From Escherichia coli (GTDB lineage: Bacteria; Pseudomonadota; Gammaproteobacteria; Enterobacterales; Enterobacteriaceae), in assembly GCF_022846255.1 (NCBI RefSeq), contig NZ_AP025682.1: 64,000 bases of DNA. One strand, 5' to 3'. This document shows positions 15,040 to 25,602 of this stretch, piece by piece; the stretch's first letter is position 1; every line of letters starts with the position of its first letter. The notes beneath the pieces were generated by a model, which saw only the letters and a list, made by a program, of their open reading frames with translations, searched no databases and had not been told where the DNA came from. The translations under genes were made by a program, and so were the position numbers.

Positions 15040-15061
15040 GCGCTCCACGGAGCGCCTTTTT
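15040..15061 (+). terminator. Rho-independent terminator after malG (ggcgctccacggagcgcc + T7)
   Basis: Perfect 7-bp stem GC hairpin followed by ttttttt at 15055..15061, lying in the 94-bp convergent spacer between malG and psiE. Confidence 0.65.
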
Positions 15062-15472
15062 TTACTCCCGCTTCAGCCGTTTCGAATTACATAACCACAG
15101 GGTGATCACCAGTAACAGGATCGCAGCCGAGTAGATCAACACATCCAGTGGCGATTTATGATCGACGATGATCAAGCGCACAATGGCGGTGATCCCAATA
15201 TAGACAAAGTAACGTAGCGGGAAGTGAAAACCGGACTGAAAGTACTTCACAATCAGCGCGATAAATTCGAAATAGAGAAAGTAAACCACCAGCCCTTCTA
15301 CCAGCTCATATTTGCTGGTTTGTTCTGGCGCGAACAGCACATCAGCCAGATGCACCGTTTCTTTGCCGAGGAAGACAACCAAAATCAGGCCGAGGCACAG
15401 CAGGCCAAGATTGAGTACGGTCTGCAAAATGGTGGAGATAAACTCCACGCGCGGACGAGAGAGTGACGTCAT
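15062..15472 (-). CDS. psiE: Phosphate-starvation-inducible inner membrane protein PsiE, 136 aa
   Basis: ORF track 15062..15601; start moved to [38 protein letters not shown] matching remembered PsiE; 4-TM protein. Confidence 0.9.
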
Positions 15473-15716
15473 AGCAGTACCTCCTTCACAGTGGCGAGCT
15501 TCCTGTATAACGCAAAAATGTGACGGGGATCTATATTTTTTGTGTATGTTTTGTTCAACCTGGATTAAGTGGGCATCTCCCATCAACATCGTATCTGGCA
15601 AAACACACTGTCCAAAAAATCACCCATTCAGGTGATTCCCAGCCACCAGCAATGCGCGAAAAATCGACAATGTTCCTCTGGAACAAATGAAACGTAACCT
15701 GATAAAGGTGGTAAAA

Positions 15717-15965
15717 ATGAAGCCTTATTTTGCTGCTTTGATGTTATCAGTCTCTGTTCTTCCTGCTTATGCTGGTCCGCTCGGTACTGCTGATAAAGCC
15801 GACCTACCGCAAAGCAATGTCTCCAGCCCAATGATGGCCCAGTCGCTCAGGCAACCAGACCTGCAACCGATATCGACGGACAGGAAGACAGAATGTTTTC
15901 GCCTTTACACACCAGATCGCAAACCGGGGGTGAACTGCGTTCCTGATGGCTCGACAGGCCATTAA
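15717..15965 (+). CDS. Small predicted secreted protein (signal peptide MKPYFAALMLSVSVLPAYA); possibly the yjbT-type small periplasmic protein
   Basis: ORF track 15687..15965; ATG at 15717 preceded by aaaggtgg SD-like sequence; cleavable-signal-like N-terminus; identity to yjbT is from memory only. Confidence 0.45.
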   Translation: MKPYFAALMLSVSVLPAYAGPLGTADKADLPQSNVSSPMMAQSLRQPDLQPISTDRKTECFRLYTPDRKPGVNCVPDGSTGH

Positions 15966-16011
15966 GAATGAGGGTGCCAGTGAGTGCGAAAACTGGCACC
16001 TTTTTCATGAC

Positions 16012-18108
16012 TTAGCGGAAATTGACGCTACGGTCGCTGGTCATGTCATACAACTGGAACTTACGCCCAAGTTGCTGACCACCGTCACGCGTCAGCGGCG
16101 TCCAGCCAATTGCCGCACGGCTGCGTGTCGGGCCAGACGAGAAGAGATCCAGCGGTACAGAGACATACACGCCTTTGGTGAAGTCCCCTTCGCCGTACTC
16201 CTCTTTTGAAACATTAGTGATCGTGGCATAGCCACCCACCACCACGCCGCTATCAAAGCGTTTGGCGATCTCCAGCGTGCCGCCTTTATCCCCAGCCAGA
16301 TACTGCCCGACGCTCGCTTTCACTAACACATCCTGAGCGAAAGATGGCGTCCAGTAGGCGGTCAGATGTCCGGTTTTCACGCTGTAGTCGGTGAATTTCA
16401 TCATATCTTTTGCACTACGCCAGTCGCGCTGTTTAACGTAGTTGGCATCCACACCAAACGCCCAGTTGCTGTCCAGCGGGCGATACAACACTTCTGCCCC
16501 CGCACCGCCAAACATGGTTTCGAGATAACCTCCGTAGACCTGACCGTAGAAGCCGTTGCCCAGATGCTGGAAGTAGTTGGCTTGCAGGTTATTCACATAG
16601 ACATCGTTCTGCACATACTCGCGCACATGGGTACGCACGCGCGGTAAGTGCGAGTCCTGCGGCGGATTGGTGTAGTTAAACTTGTCGTAGTTGTTGGCAA
16701 GGTTAGCAAACAGACTGCCGGTGGTCAGCAGATGGTCCGTCAGCCACAAATCCGCCGTTCCCATCACGCCCAGCTGATACATGTAAAAGTTTTCCGGGCC
16801 ACCGACCGACTGGTTCAGCACCGGATCGATATGAAAATCAAAGCGCGATTTGTCGATATACCAGCCCTGCTCGGTGGACTTCGGAACCACTGGCTCGACG
16901 CGTTTTTGCGCCAGCTTCGTTTCGTGGCCCAACGGCTCTCCGGCGAGATGATTTTTCAGGCTGGCGACATCGGTTTCCGTCGTCACCTGCGGCATGTTAA
17001 GGCGATTTTCCGTAATGCGGATCGTTTTGATCCCATCCGGTAGATCGTTCATCACGATCCGATTAGCACGGATGATCCCTTCGCGCGGATCACGATATTT
17101 CACCTGCTCGCCGGTAACATACAGCGTATCGCCTTTCGCCTGGATCTGCGGATCGGCAAGTCCTGCATTGTATTTCAACAGCGTTAACTGATTCGCCACC
17201 ACCGAATGCTGCAAAATGGCATCCTGCGGCTGCGGTTGATATTGCGGGCGGGCGTTATCGTTGTAAGACGGGCGCAGATCGTTAAAGTTGGTGCGCAGCG
17301 TGACGCCAAACATAAAAGTGTTGCCACGTTCATAGCTAAGGTTAACGTCGGCCCAATCGGTAACGCGATAAATCGCCCCGACGTTAAACTTACTTTTTTG
17401 CTCCAGCTTTCCGGCAAAATCCTGCTGATAATTATTGCCTTCATACTCCAGTTTCAGACGCAGCGGTTGCCAGGGCGTCTGGTATTCCACGCCGCCAAAC
17501 AGTGAGGCCGGGCCGTGGAACATCTGGCTGCCGTCGATAGATCCCGCCTGTTTGTAGCTGTTATCGCGATAGCAATATTTATCACTGGCTGAACAGAGCG
17601 GATTTTTCACGTTACCGCTAGTGCCCAGATATCCCCAGCCCAGGCCGAGTGTAAAATCGAACGGCCCCCAGGCTTTGCTGGCAACAAGATATTCCGCATC
17701 AAACAGCCCCGTACCGCCGATATCCCGCGCACCAACCGCCACTTGCGGCAGCCAATAACTCTCTTCCCACAAACGCAGTTTGAGATCGAAGGCTTTATCT
17801 TTATACGTTTGATCGCCAGAGAACGCTTCGACGCTGCTGTACTGCCGGGTGCGCACGTCGGTGTAGCGCAGCGTTGTTTCCAGCCACGGGAAGAGTTGCA
17901 CTGAAGCTGAGTAATAACGGTACTGATCGTTATCGCGATAGTTCAGGCTCAGCTCCCCTTCCCGCGCCATGCGCGCGGTGGGCGTTTGTAATAATCCTAC
18001 GCCACCGAAATCCGATTGCGACGGACCAATGGGCGCAGGATATGTTTCGCCGTAGCAAGCTGTGCTAATGCCCAGCGCCAGTAAGCTAAGCAGATGTCTT
18101 TTTTTCAT
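16012..18108 (-). CDS. yjbH: YjbH, predicted outer-membrane beta-barrel/lipoprotein of the yjbEFGH exopolysaccharide-associated operon, 698 aa
   Basis: ORF track 698 aa with signal peptide [20 protein letters not shown], ends ...SVNFR (aromatic C-terminus typical of OM proteins); gene order yjbE-F-G-H conserved. Confidence 0.85.
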   Translation of the reverse strand: MKKRHLLSLLALGISTACYGETYPAPIGPSQSDFGGVGLLQTPTARMAREGELSLNYRDNDQYRYYSASVQLFPWLETTLRYTDVRTRQYSSVEAFSGDQTYKDKAFDLKLRLWEESYWLPQVAVGARDIGGTGLFDAEYLVASKAWGPFDFTLGLGWGYLGTSGNVKNPLCSASDKYCYRDNSYKQAGSIDGSQMFHGPASLFGGVEYQTPWQPLRLKLEYEGNNYQQDFAGKLEQKSKFNVGAIYRVTDWADVNLSYERGNTFMFGVTLRTNFNDLRPSYNDNARPQYQPQPQDAILQHSVVANQLTLLKYNAGLADPQIQAKGDTLYVTGEQVKYRDPREGIIRANRIVMNDLPDGIKTIRITENRLNMPQVTTETDVASLKNHLAGEPLGHETKLAQKRVEPVVPKSTEQGWYIDKSRFDFHIDPVLNQSVGGPENFYMYQLGVMGTADLWLTDHLLTTGSLFANLANNYDKFNYTNPPQDSHLPRVRTHVREYVQNDVYVNNLQANYFQHLGNGFYGQVYGGYLETMFGGAGAEVLYRPLDSNWAFGVDANYVKQRDWRSAKDMMKFTDYSVKTGHLTAYWTPSFAQDVLVKASVGQYLAGDKGGTLEIAKRFDSGVVVGGYATITNVSKEEYGEGDFTKGVYVSVPLDLFSSGPTRSRAAIGWTPLTRDGGQQLGRKFQLYDMTSDRSVNFR

Positions 18109-18845
18109 TATTGGGGTATCCGCTGCGTCAGAGTCTGAAGAATGTCGGCGTTAAGGGCATCAGGTGTCTCACTCCAGACGGAGTCCGCGAGGCCAACATA
18201 AATAATGCTGCCGGGCATCGGCTCTACGTGACGCTTGTTCCAGTAAGCCACCGGCGCTTTTTGCGTGCGTCCGTCCGGGTAAACCACCCACGCGTAGCTG
18301 CGATCCGCACCGCTGAGCAGGCTCTGGTCAGAGAGATAGCTCGCCACGTCGCGACCTGGAATGAATGGCTGCTTGCCAGGACGACTGATAAGCCCGAACA
18401 ACGTGACCGTGGACGGCGGCGTTCCGACCCACAGCGTGTAGTTGCCCTGCAACGGCGGGTTACCGCGTTCGGCAACGCGGACGATATCAGGATCAAGATT
18501 GATTTTTTGCCTGCCCGTCACTTTCAACGCCTGAATTTGCTGGCGTAAGGCGTTAATCGCGGCGGCATCGTCGGCGCTGGAGTCTGCAGCCAGTTCTGCC
18601 AGCCGTGTCAGCAACGCCTGCTGCTGACGCAATGCAGCCGCCGTGGCCAGCTCTTCGCTAATCACCGCTCCGGGCCACCAGCTGTTTGCCAGCCGCGGTT
18701 GGCCTACCAGATCGATTAAATGCTCTGCGCCCGTCAGCGTTTTGGCCTCACTGCTGCCATTGCTGAACACCTTGACGGTTCCCGCCGCGAAGACTGATGA
18801 CGCCCCCGCACTCAAAAGCAACGCGACAATAGTTTGTTTAATCAT
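18108..18845 (-). CDS. yjbG: YjbG, secreted protein of yjbEFGH operon, about 245 aa
   Basis: ORF track 18108..18941; start set at [20 protein letters not shown] (signal peptide); overlaps yjbF stop by 4 nt (translational coupling). Confidence 0.8.
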   Translation of the reverse strand: MIKQTIVALLLSAGASSVFAAGTVKVFSNGSSEAKTLTGAEHLIDLVGQPRLANSWWPGAVISEELATAAALRQQQALLTRLAELAADSSADDAAAINALRQQIQALKVTGRQKINLDPDIVRVAERGNPPLQGNYTLWVGTPPSTVTLFGLISRPGKQPFIPGRDVASYLSDQSLLSGADRSYAWVVYPDGRTQKAPVAYWNKRHVEPMPGSIIYVGLADSVWSETPDALNADILQTLTQRIPQ

Positions 18846-19480
18846 TGTTTTGCCGCCTTGATGAGGGTGGTTTTCACCGGGAAGTAATCCGCGCCAAGAT
18901 ACTGTTCCGACTGGCGAATTTGCCCTTCGCTGTCGATCCAATAGCGGTTATGCCAGCGCGCCTGGTCAGTGAAGACTTCTTCGTCCAGCACGCGAACCGG
19001 GGTTTCATCGCTGCCGACTTTGACGGTATCGGTGCCATTCCATTTGAAGACTGAGCGCGCGGTGGCGTAGCGTACCTGCTGGTACTCGGTCCAGCCCATC
19101 GTGCGCGTCCAGGTTGCACCATCAATGATTTGTGCGGGTTTAATCAGCGGGTCGGCGGCAAGGTTATTCACTTCAATCAGGTTGTCGCCGCCAAGCAAAG
19201 TCTTCACCAGACGACCATGTTGTGTGACAAGGGTGGCCTGATCCTGAGTGACCCATTTTTGTTGTCCGTCTTCAGCGAAGGCCAGCACCACAAATAACTG
19301 CGGCCCGCCATTAAGCTGCATGTACTGGCTGGCGTAGGGCATATTTTGAATATCATCGTCCGTCAGCTGTACGCCTGGCGTACCGAACAGACTGTCCCAC
19401 AGTGAATTGCCCAGCTCTTTAGTCGTGGCTGAACAGGCCTGTAATAGCAGGCAGATAAGAATGAGTGCTGGTCGCTTCAC
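18842..19480 (-). CDS. yjbF: YjbF, predicted lipoprotein of yjbEFGH operon; start approximate (GTG)
   Basis: ORF track 18842..19510; lipobox LLQAC near N-terminus (ALILICLLLQACSATTKELG); both ORF-track start and my chosen start are GTG codons. Confidence 0.8.
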   Translation of the reverse strand: MKRPALILICLLLQACSATTKELGNSLWDSLFGTPGVQLTDDDIQNMPYASQYMQLNGGPQLFVVLAFAEDGQQKWVTQDQATLVTQHGRLVKTLLGGDNLIEVNNLAADPLIKPAQIIDGATWTRTMGWTEYQQVRYATARSVFKWNGTDTVKVGSDETPVRVLDEEVFTDQARWHNRYWIDSEGQIRQSEQYLGADYFPVKTTLIKAAKQ

Positions 19481-19593
19481 GACTCTTCTCCAGAGGGGCA
19501 GAATAACCACACCGGAGTGTGGTTATGGTAAATCCCTTCATACTTCAAGTCACAGATGCGATGACTCGAATTATTTTGGGGATGCATACTTTA

Positions 19594-19836
19594 TTACTGG
19601 GTACTGGTGGTCGTGGTTGTGGTGGTCCCGGTATTAGAACCATCACCGCCACCGGTTGCCGCGAGCGCGACACCCACCGCCGAGCTTACGGTGCTGACGC
19701 TGGTCGCGGAGGAACTACCCGCCGAAACCGACGTTGCTGCCGCCCCTGCCGCTTCGCCCACCTGTACAGGTGCAGCCCACGCAGAAGTCGCCGCAAGCGC
19801 AGATATGGCAAAAATGCCATACAGAACTTTTTTCAT
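19594..19836 (-). CDS. yjbE: YjbE, small secreted low-complexity Ser/Thr/Ala/Gly-rich protein, 80 aa
   Basis: Translation [80 protein letters not shown]; signal peptide plus poly-Thr tail. Confidence 0.8.
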   Translation of the reverse strand: MKKVLYGIFAISALAATSAWAAPVQVGEAAGAAATSVSAGSSSATSVSTVSSAVGVALAATGGGDGSNTGTTTTTTTSTQ

Positions 19837-20138
19837 AACAATTTCCCTTCATTGAATGAATGGAGATTTACCCAAAACATTTCGGGCGGGATCGAGTATA
19901 CACAACTAAAGCATGCGAATTACGGCGCGGGGAATTAGTGATGGAGTTTTAGGACAATTGGAATGAATATCAAATATAAGCTTTGACTTATATATAAATA
20001 ATATTAAAAATCATGAAGTTAAAATAAAATAAAAAGTAATTAATCTGCGTATTTTCCGAAATCAACCACGATTAAAAATTTATTTTAGGATTAACCTCAC
20101 TGTATGATTTTCGTTAAATGACAGACAAGAGGATTTAT

Positions 20139-20177
20139 CTGATAAAACAATGCCGACTTATAGTCGGCATTGTTTTT
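20139..20177 (-). terminator. Hairpin caatgccgac-ttata-gtcggcattg flanked by A and T runs; candidate bidirectional terminator downstream of pgi
   Basis: 10-bp perfect stem; T-rich tract follows on the minus strand (pgi direction), T5 follows on plus strand. Confidence 0.5.
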
Positions 20178-20243
20178 AAGGCTATTTAATCAATCGTACT
20201 ATGTATTAATTGCCGAATACGATGTACATATCGGCATCGACCT

Positions 20244-20320
20244 GTAGGCCTGATAAGACGCGACCGCGTCGCATCAGGCATCGGTTGCCGGATGCGGCGT
20301 GAACGCCTTATCCGGCCTAC
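20244..20320. repeat. Two REP units (BIME) immediately downstream of pgi
   Basis: gtaggcctgataagacgcgaccgcgtcgcatcaggca and ttgccggatgcggcgtgaacgccttatccggcctac. Confidence 0.8.
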
Positions 20321-20333
20321 ATATCGACAATGA

Positions 20334-21983
20334 TTAACCGCGCCACGCTTTATAGCGGTTAATCAGACCATTGGTCGAGCTATCGTGGCTGCTGATTTCT
20401 TTATCATCTTTCAGCTCTGGCAGAATACGGTTCGCCAGTTGTTTACCCAGCTCCACGCCCCACTGGTCGAAGGTGAAGATGTTCAGGATCACGCCCTGAG
20501 TAAAGATTTTGTGCTCATACAGCGCAATCAACGCCCCCAGGCTGAACGGAGTGATTTCACGCAGCAGGATGGAATTGGTCGGGCGGTTACCTTCGAACAC
20601 TTTGAACGGCACCACGTAGTCAAGCGTTGCCGGATCTTTACCCTGATCACGATATTCCTGCTCAACCACTTCGCGGGATTTACCAAACGCCAGCGCTTCG
20701 GTCTGAGCAAAGAAGTTAGACAGCAGTTTCTGGTGATGATCAGAGAGCGGGTTATGGGTGATAGCCGGAGCGATGAAATCGCACGGTACCATTTTGGTTC
20801 CCTGGTGGATCAGCTGATAGAACGCGTGCTGACCGTTCGTGCCAGGTTCACCCCAGATAATCGGGCCAGTCTGGTAATCCACAACCTTACCGTTACGGTC
20901 AACATACTTACCGTTGGATTCCATATTGCCCTGCTGGAAGTACGCCGCGAAACGGTGCATATACTGGTCATACGGCAGAATCGCTTCAGTTTCCGCGCCA
21001 AAGAAATTGTTGTACCAGATGCCAATCAGCGCCAGCAGTACAGGCAGGTTTTTCTCGGCAGGCGTGGTGGAGAAATGCTTGTCCATCGCGTGTGCGCCAG
21101 AAAGCAGTTCAACGAAGTTATCAAAGCCGATGGAGAGAACAATCGACAGGCCAATCGCTGACCACAAAGAGTAACGACCGCCGACCCAGTCCCAGAACTC
21201 GAACATGTTGGCAGTATCAATACCAAACTCGCCAACGGCTTTGGCGTTGGTTGAGAGCGCCGCAAAGTGTTTCGCAACGTGCTTCTCATCACCTGCCGCT
21301 TTCAGGAACCAGTCACGCGCGCTGTGGGCGTTGGTCATGGTTTCCTGAGTGGTGAAGGTTTTAGATGCTACCAGGAACAGCGTGGTTTCCGGGTTTACTT
21401 TTTTCAGCACTTCCGCGATGTGAGTCCCATCGACGTTAGAAACAAAGTGCATGTTCAGGTGGTTTTTGTATGGACGCAGTGCTTCAGTCACCATGTACGG
21501 GCCGAGGTCAGAACCGCCGATCCCGATGTTCACTACGTCAGTGATTGCTTTGCCGGTATAGCCTTTCCACTCACCGGAAATAATCGCTTCCGAGAAGGTT
21601 TTCATCTTCTCCAGCACCGCGTTGACTTCCGGCATAACATCTTTGCCATCAACCAGAATCGGGGTATTGCTACGGTTACGCAGCGCTACGTGCAGTACGG
21701 CGCGGTTTTCAGTGCGGTTGATCTTCTCGCCAGAGAACATCGACTTAATCGCGCCCGCCAGATCGCACTCTTTCGCCAGATCTTGTAATTTCGCCAGCGT
21801 CTCTTCAGTGATGCGGTTTTTGGAGTAATCCACCAGCATCTGATCGTCGAAGGTTGCGGAGAACTTAGAAAAACGATCGCCGTCTTTAGCAAAAAGATCG
21901 GCGATCGTAACGTCTTTCATTTCATCGAAGTGTTTCTGTAGTGCCTGCCAGGCAGCGGTCTGCGTTGGATTGATGTTTTTCAT
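20334..21983 (-). CDS. pgi: Glucose-6-phosphate isomerase Pgi, 549 aa
   Basis: ORF track 20334..21989; start at [72 protein letters not shown]; full-length match to remembered Pgi. Confidence 0.97.
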
Positions 21984-22204
21984 TAGCAATACTCTTCTGA
22001 TTTTGAGAATTGTGACTTTGGAAGATTGTAGCGCCAGTCACAGAAAAATGTGATGGTTTTAGTGCCGTTAGCGTAATGTTGAGTGTAAACCCTTAGCGCA
22101 GCGAAGCATTTATTAGCTGAACTACTGACCGCCAGGAGTGGATGAAAAATCCGCATGACCCCATCGTTGACAACCGCCCCGCTCACCCTTTATTTATAAA
22201 TGTA

Positions 22205-22430
22205 CTACCTGCGCTAGCGCAGGCCAGAAGAGGCGCGTTGCCCAAGTAACGGTGTTGGAGGAGCCAGTCCTGTGATAACACCTGAGGGGGTGCATCGCCG
22301 AGGTGATTGAACGGCTGGCTACGTTCATCATCGGCTACAGGGGCTGAATCCCCTGGGTTGTCACCAGAAGCGTTCGCAGTCGGGCGTTTCGCAAGTGGTG
22401 GAGCACTTCTGGGTGAAAATAGTAGCGAAG
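22205..22430 (+). promoter_or_regulatory. Lysine riboswitch (L-box) in lysC 5' leader
   Basis: Leader contains conserved L-box segments (agaggcgc...gtaacggtgttggaggagcc...ctgagggggtgcatcgccgagg...) upstream of lysC ATG at 22508; position and motifs as known for E. coli lysC. Confidence 0.75.
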
Positions 22431-22507
22431 TATCGCTCTGCGCCCACCCGTCTTCCGCTCTTCCCTTGTGCCAAGGCTGAAAATGGATCCCCTGACACGA
22501 GGTAGTT

Positions 22508-23857
22508 ATGTCTGAAATTGTTGTCTCCAAATTTGGCGGTACCAGCGTAGCTGATTTTGACGCCATGAACCGCAGCGCTGATATTGTGCTTTCTGATGCC
22601 AACGTGCGTTTAGTTGTCCTCTCGGCTTCTGCTGGTATCACTAATCTGCTGGTCGCTTTAGCTGAAGGACTGGAACCTGGCGAGCGATTCGAAAAACTCG
22701 ACGCAATCCGCAATATCCAGTTTGCCATTCTGGAACGTCTGCGTTACCCGAACGTTATCCGTGAAGAGATTGAACGTCTGCTGGAGAACATTACTGTTCT
22801 GGCAGAAGCGGCGGCGCTGGCAACGTCTCCGGCGCTGACAGATGAACTGGTCAGCCACGGCGAGCTGATGTCGACCCTGCTGTTTGTCGAAATCCTGCGC
22901 GAACGCGATGTTCAGGCACAGTGGTTTGATGTACGTAAAGTGATGCGTACCAACGACCGATTTGGTCGTGCAGAGCCAGATGTAGCCGCGCTGGCGGAAC
23001 TGGCCGCGCTGCAGCTGCTCCCACGCCTCAATGAAGGCTTAGTGATCACCCAGGGATTTATCGGCAGCGAAAATAAAGGTCGTACAACGACGCTTGGCCG
23101 TGGAGGCAGCGATTATACGGCAGCCTTGCTGGCGGAGGCTTTACACGCATCTCGTGTTGATATCTGGACCGACGTCCCGGGCATCTACACCACCGATCCA
23201 CGCGTGGTTTCCGCAGCAAAACGCATTGATGAAATCGCGTTTGCCGAAGCGGCAGAGATGGCAACTTTTGGTGCAAAAGTACTGCATCCGGCAACGTTGC
23301 TACCCGCAGTACGCAGCGATATCCCGGTCTTTGTCGGCTCCAGCAAAGACCCACGCGCAGGTGGTACGCTGGTGTGCAATAAAACTGAAAATCCGCCGCT
23401 GTTCCGCGCGCTGGCGCTTCGTCGCAATCAGACTCTGCTCACTTTGCACAGCCTGAATATGCTGCATTCTCGCGGTTTCCTCGCGGAAGTTTTCGGCATC
23501 CTCGCGCGGCATAATATTTCGGTAGACTTAATCACCACGTCAGAAGTGAGCGTGGCATTAACCCTTGATACCACTGGTTCAACCTCCACTGGCGATACGT
23601 TGCTGACGCAATCTCTGCTGATGGAGCTGTCTGCACTGTGCCGGGTGGAAGTGGAAGAGGGTCTGGCGCTGGTCGCGTTGATTGGCAATGACCTGTCAAA
23701 AGCCTGCGGCGTTGGCAAAGAGGTATTCGGCGTACTGGAACCGTTCAACATTCGCATGATTTGTTACGGCGCATCCAGCCATAACCTGTGCTTCCTGGTG
23801 CCCGGCGAAGATGCCGAGCAGGTAGTGCAGAAGCTGCATTTTAATTTGTTTGAGTAA
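22508..23857 (+). CDS. lysC: Lysine-sensitive aspartokinase III LysC, 449 aa
   Basis: Translation MSEIVVSKFGGTSVADFDAMNRSADIVLSDANVRLVVLSASAGITNLLVALAEG; aspartokinase domain plus C-terminal ACT domains. Confidence 0.97.
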   Translation: MSEIVVSKFGGTSVADFDAMNRSADIVLSDANVRLVVLSASAGITNLLVALAEGLEPGERFEKLDAIRNIQFAILERLRYPNVIREEIERLLENITVLAEAAALATSPALTDELVSHGELMSTLLFVEILRERDVQAQWFDVRKVMRTNDRFGRAEPDVAALAELAALQLLPRLNEGLVITQGFIGSENKGRTTTLGRGGSDYTAALLAEALHASRVDIWTDVPGIYTTDPRVVSAAKRIDEIAFAEAAEMATFGAKVLHPATLLPAVRSDIPVFVGSSKDPRAGGTLVCNKTENPPLFRALALRRNQTLLTLHSLNMLHSRGFLAEVFGILARHNISVDLITTSEVSVALTLDTTGSTSTGDTLLTQSLLMELSALCRVEVEEGLALVALIGNDLSKACGVGKEVFGVLEPFNIRMICYGASSHNLCFLVPGEDAEQVVQKLHFNLFE

Positions 23858-23859
23858 AC

Positions 23860-23897
23860 ACAGTATGGCCCGGAAGACATTATTTCGGGCCGTATTG
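23860..23897 (+). terminator. Rho-independent terminator after lysC
   Basis: Hairpin ggcccggaagacattatttcgggcc followed by gtattgttttt. Confidence 0.6.
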
Positions 23898-24109
23898 TTT
23901 TTCTTGTCATTATGCCCATAAATAAACGAGTCTATTCCCTGTTAACCAGCGTCTTTATCGGAGAATAATTGCCTTTAATTTTTTATCCGCATCTCTAACT
24001 AATTATCGAAAGAGATAAATAGTTAAGAGAAGGCAAAATGAATATTATCAGTTCTGCTCGCAAACGAATTCCCGTACACTGAACTCTCTGGCTCACTGAG
24101 GGCACCATC

Positions 24110-24382
24110 ATGGCACTCCCCCGTATTACCCAAAAAGAGATGACTGAACGCGAGCAGCGTGAACTTAAAACACTGCTGGATCGGGCGCGGATTGCGCATG
24201 GTCGCGTACTGACCAACTCCGAAACTAACAGCATTAAGAAAGAGTACATCGATAAATTAATGGTCGAGCGTGAGGCTGAAGCGAAAAAAGCCCGCCAATT
24301 GAAGAAAAAGCAGGCTTATAAACCGGATCCTGAGGCGTCATTTAGCTGGTCAGCAAATACGTCGACGCGCGGCAGGCGCTGA
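24110..24382 (+). CDS. yjbD: YjbD, DUF3811 family protein, 90 aa
   Basis: Translation MALPRITQKEMTEREQRELKTLLDRARIAHGRVLTNSETNSIKKEYIDKLMVEREAEAKKARQLKKKQAYKPDPEASFSWSANTSTRGRR. Confidence 0.85.
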   Translation: MALPRITQKEMTEREQRELKTLLDRARIAHGRVLTNSETNSIKKEYIDKLMVEREAEAKKARQLKKKQAYKPDPEASFSWSANTSTRGRR

Positions 24383-25255
24383 TTAACGCCCCTTCTTTTT
24401 GCGCCCCGGCGAGGTAAAACGCTTACCGTTGGACGCCGGGCGACCGCCTTTTTCCGCCGTTTTTTCCATCTTAACGACTGGACGTTTGATGCCTACCGTT
24501 TTCGGTTTGGCCTTCGCTTTAGGTTTTGCCTCGGAAGAGGAATTTTCAATGAGCTTAAAGAGATCGATTAACTCATCGTCGGTTAAATCGCGCCACTCAC
24601 CCAGCGGAATGCCGCTTAAGCTGACGTTCATAATGCGCGTACGTTCCAGCTTTTTCACTTCGTAACCAAAGTGCTCGCACATGCGACGAATCTGACGGTT
24701 CAGCCCCTGCACCAGGGTAATGCGGAAGACAAACGGTGCTTCTTTTTTGACTTTGCACTTTTTAGTTACTGTCCCGAGGATCGGCACTCCCGCCCCCATA
24801 CCACGAATAAATTCATCGGTAATCGGTTTATCAACCGTCACCAGATACTCTTTCTCATGATCGTTACCCGCACGGAGGATCTTATTCACCAGATCGCCGT
24901 GATTGGTGAGGAAAATCAGCCCCTGGGAATCTTTATCCAGGCGGCCAATCGGGAACACGCGTTTGCTGTGGTTAACGAAATCGACAATGTTATCGCGCTC
25001 GCCATCTTCGGTGGTGCTGACAATACCGACGGGCTTGTTCAGGGCGATAAGTACCAAATCTTCGGATTCCCGAGGCTCAATCAACTGACCGTTTACTTTC
25101 ACAACGTCGCCGGGTTTCACCTGATCGCCAATGGTGGCTCGCTTGCCATTAAGGAACACATTGCCTTGCTCGATATAGCGATCCGCTTCGCGGCGTGAGC
25201 AAATTCCGCTTTCGCTGATGTATTTATTTAAACGGACTGATGAGTCGGGCAGCAT
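24383..25255 (-). CDS. rluF: 23S rRNA pseudouridine(2604) synthase RluF, 290 aa
   Basis: S4 RNA-binding N-terminus ([34 protein letters not shown]) and RsuA-type catalytic motif ([17 protein letters not shown]); Lys-rich C-terminal tail. Confidence 0.9.
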   Translation of the reverse strand: MLPDSSVRLNKYISESGICSRREADRYIEQGNVFLNGKRATIGDQVKPGDVVKVNGQLIEPRESEDLVLIALNKPVGIVSTTEDGERDNIVDFVNHSKRVFPIGRLDKDSQGLIFLTNHGDLVNKILRAGNDHEKEYLVTVDKPITDEFIRGMGAGVPILGTVTKKCKVKKEAPFVFRITLVQGLNRQIRRMCEHFGYEVKKLERTRIMNVSLSGIPLGEWRDLTDDELIDLFKLIENSSSEAKPKAKAKPKTVGIKRPVVKMEKTAEKGGRPASNGKRFTSPGRKKKGR

Positions 25256-25602
25256 AAATTCTCCTGTAAAACGCGGAATATACCGTACCTCTTAGCGGGG
25301 AAAAACAGGGTTATGCGGCAACGTCGAAATTAAATGTGATCTGCCACGCCTTTTATCACAAAAGTGTCTCCGGAAGTACGATGCAAATTTGCCTGGCAAA
25401 ATAAGAATAATCAACAAATTACGAATCGCTGCACACCTGTGCTGATGACTACTACGCAGAGAAACAAATGTGCAAGAGAAAGCGCTATTTCCCCCCATGC
25501 AAAGAGTGAAAAATCGCTTTGAAAGGCCATCATGATGGGGTTATATCAGATCAAGCGGTGAGAACGCGTATTTGCACAAATGTGCAGAACCAGGAGGCGG
25601 CA

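Noticed and set aside
15473-15600. Pho box / CRP site in psiE promoter
   Set aside because: psiE is known to be PhoB- and CRP-regulated, but I could not identify a convincing match to the Pho box consensus by eye; not reported as a feature
20385-21161. 258-aa ORF antisense to pgi
   Set aside because: Fully nested antisense in a highly conserved glycolytic gene; no independent signals
22183-22728. 181-aa ORF on minus strand
   Set aside because: Runs antisense through the lysC lysine riboswitch and lysC start; the region is explained by the leader RNA
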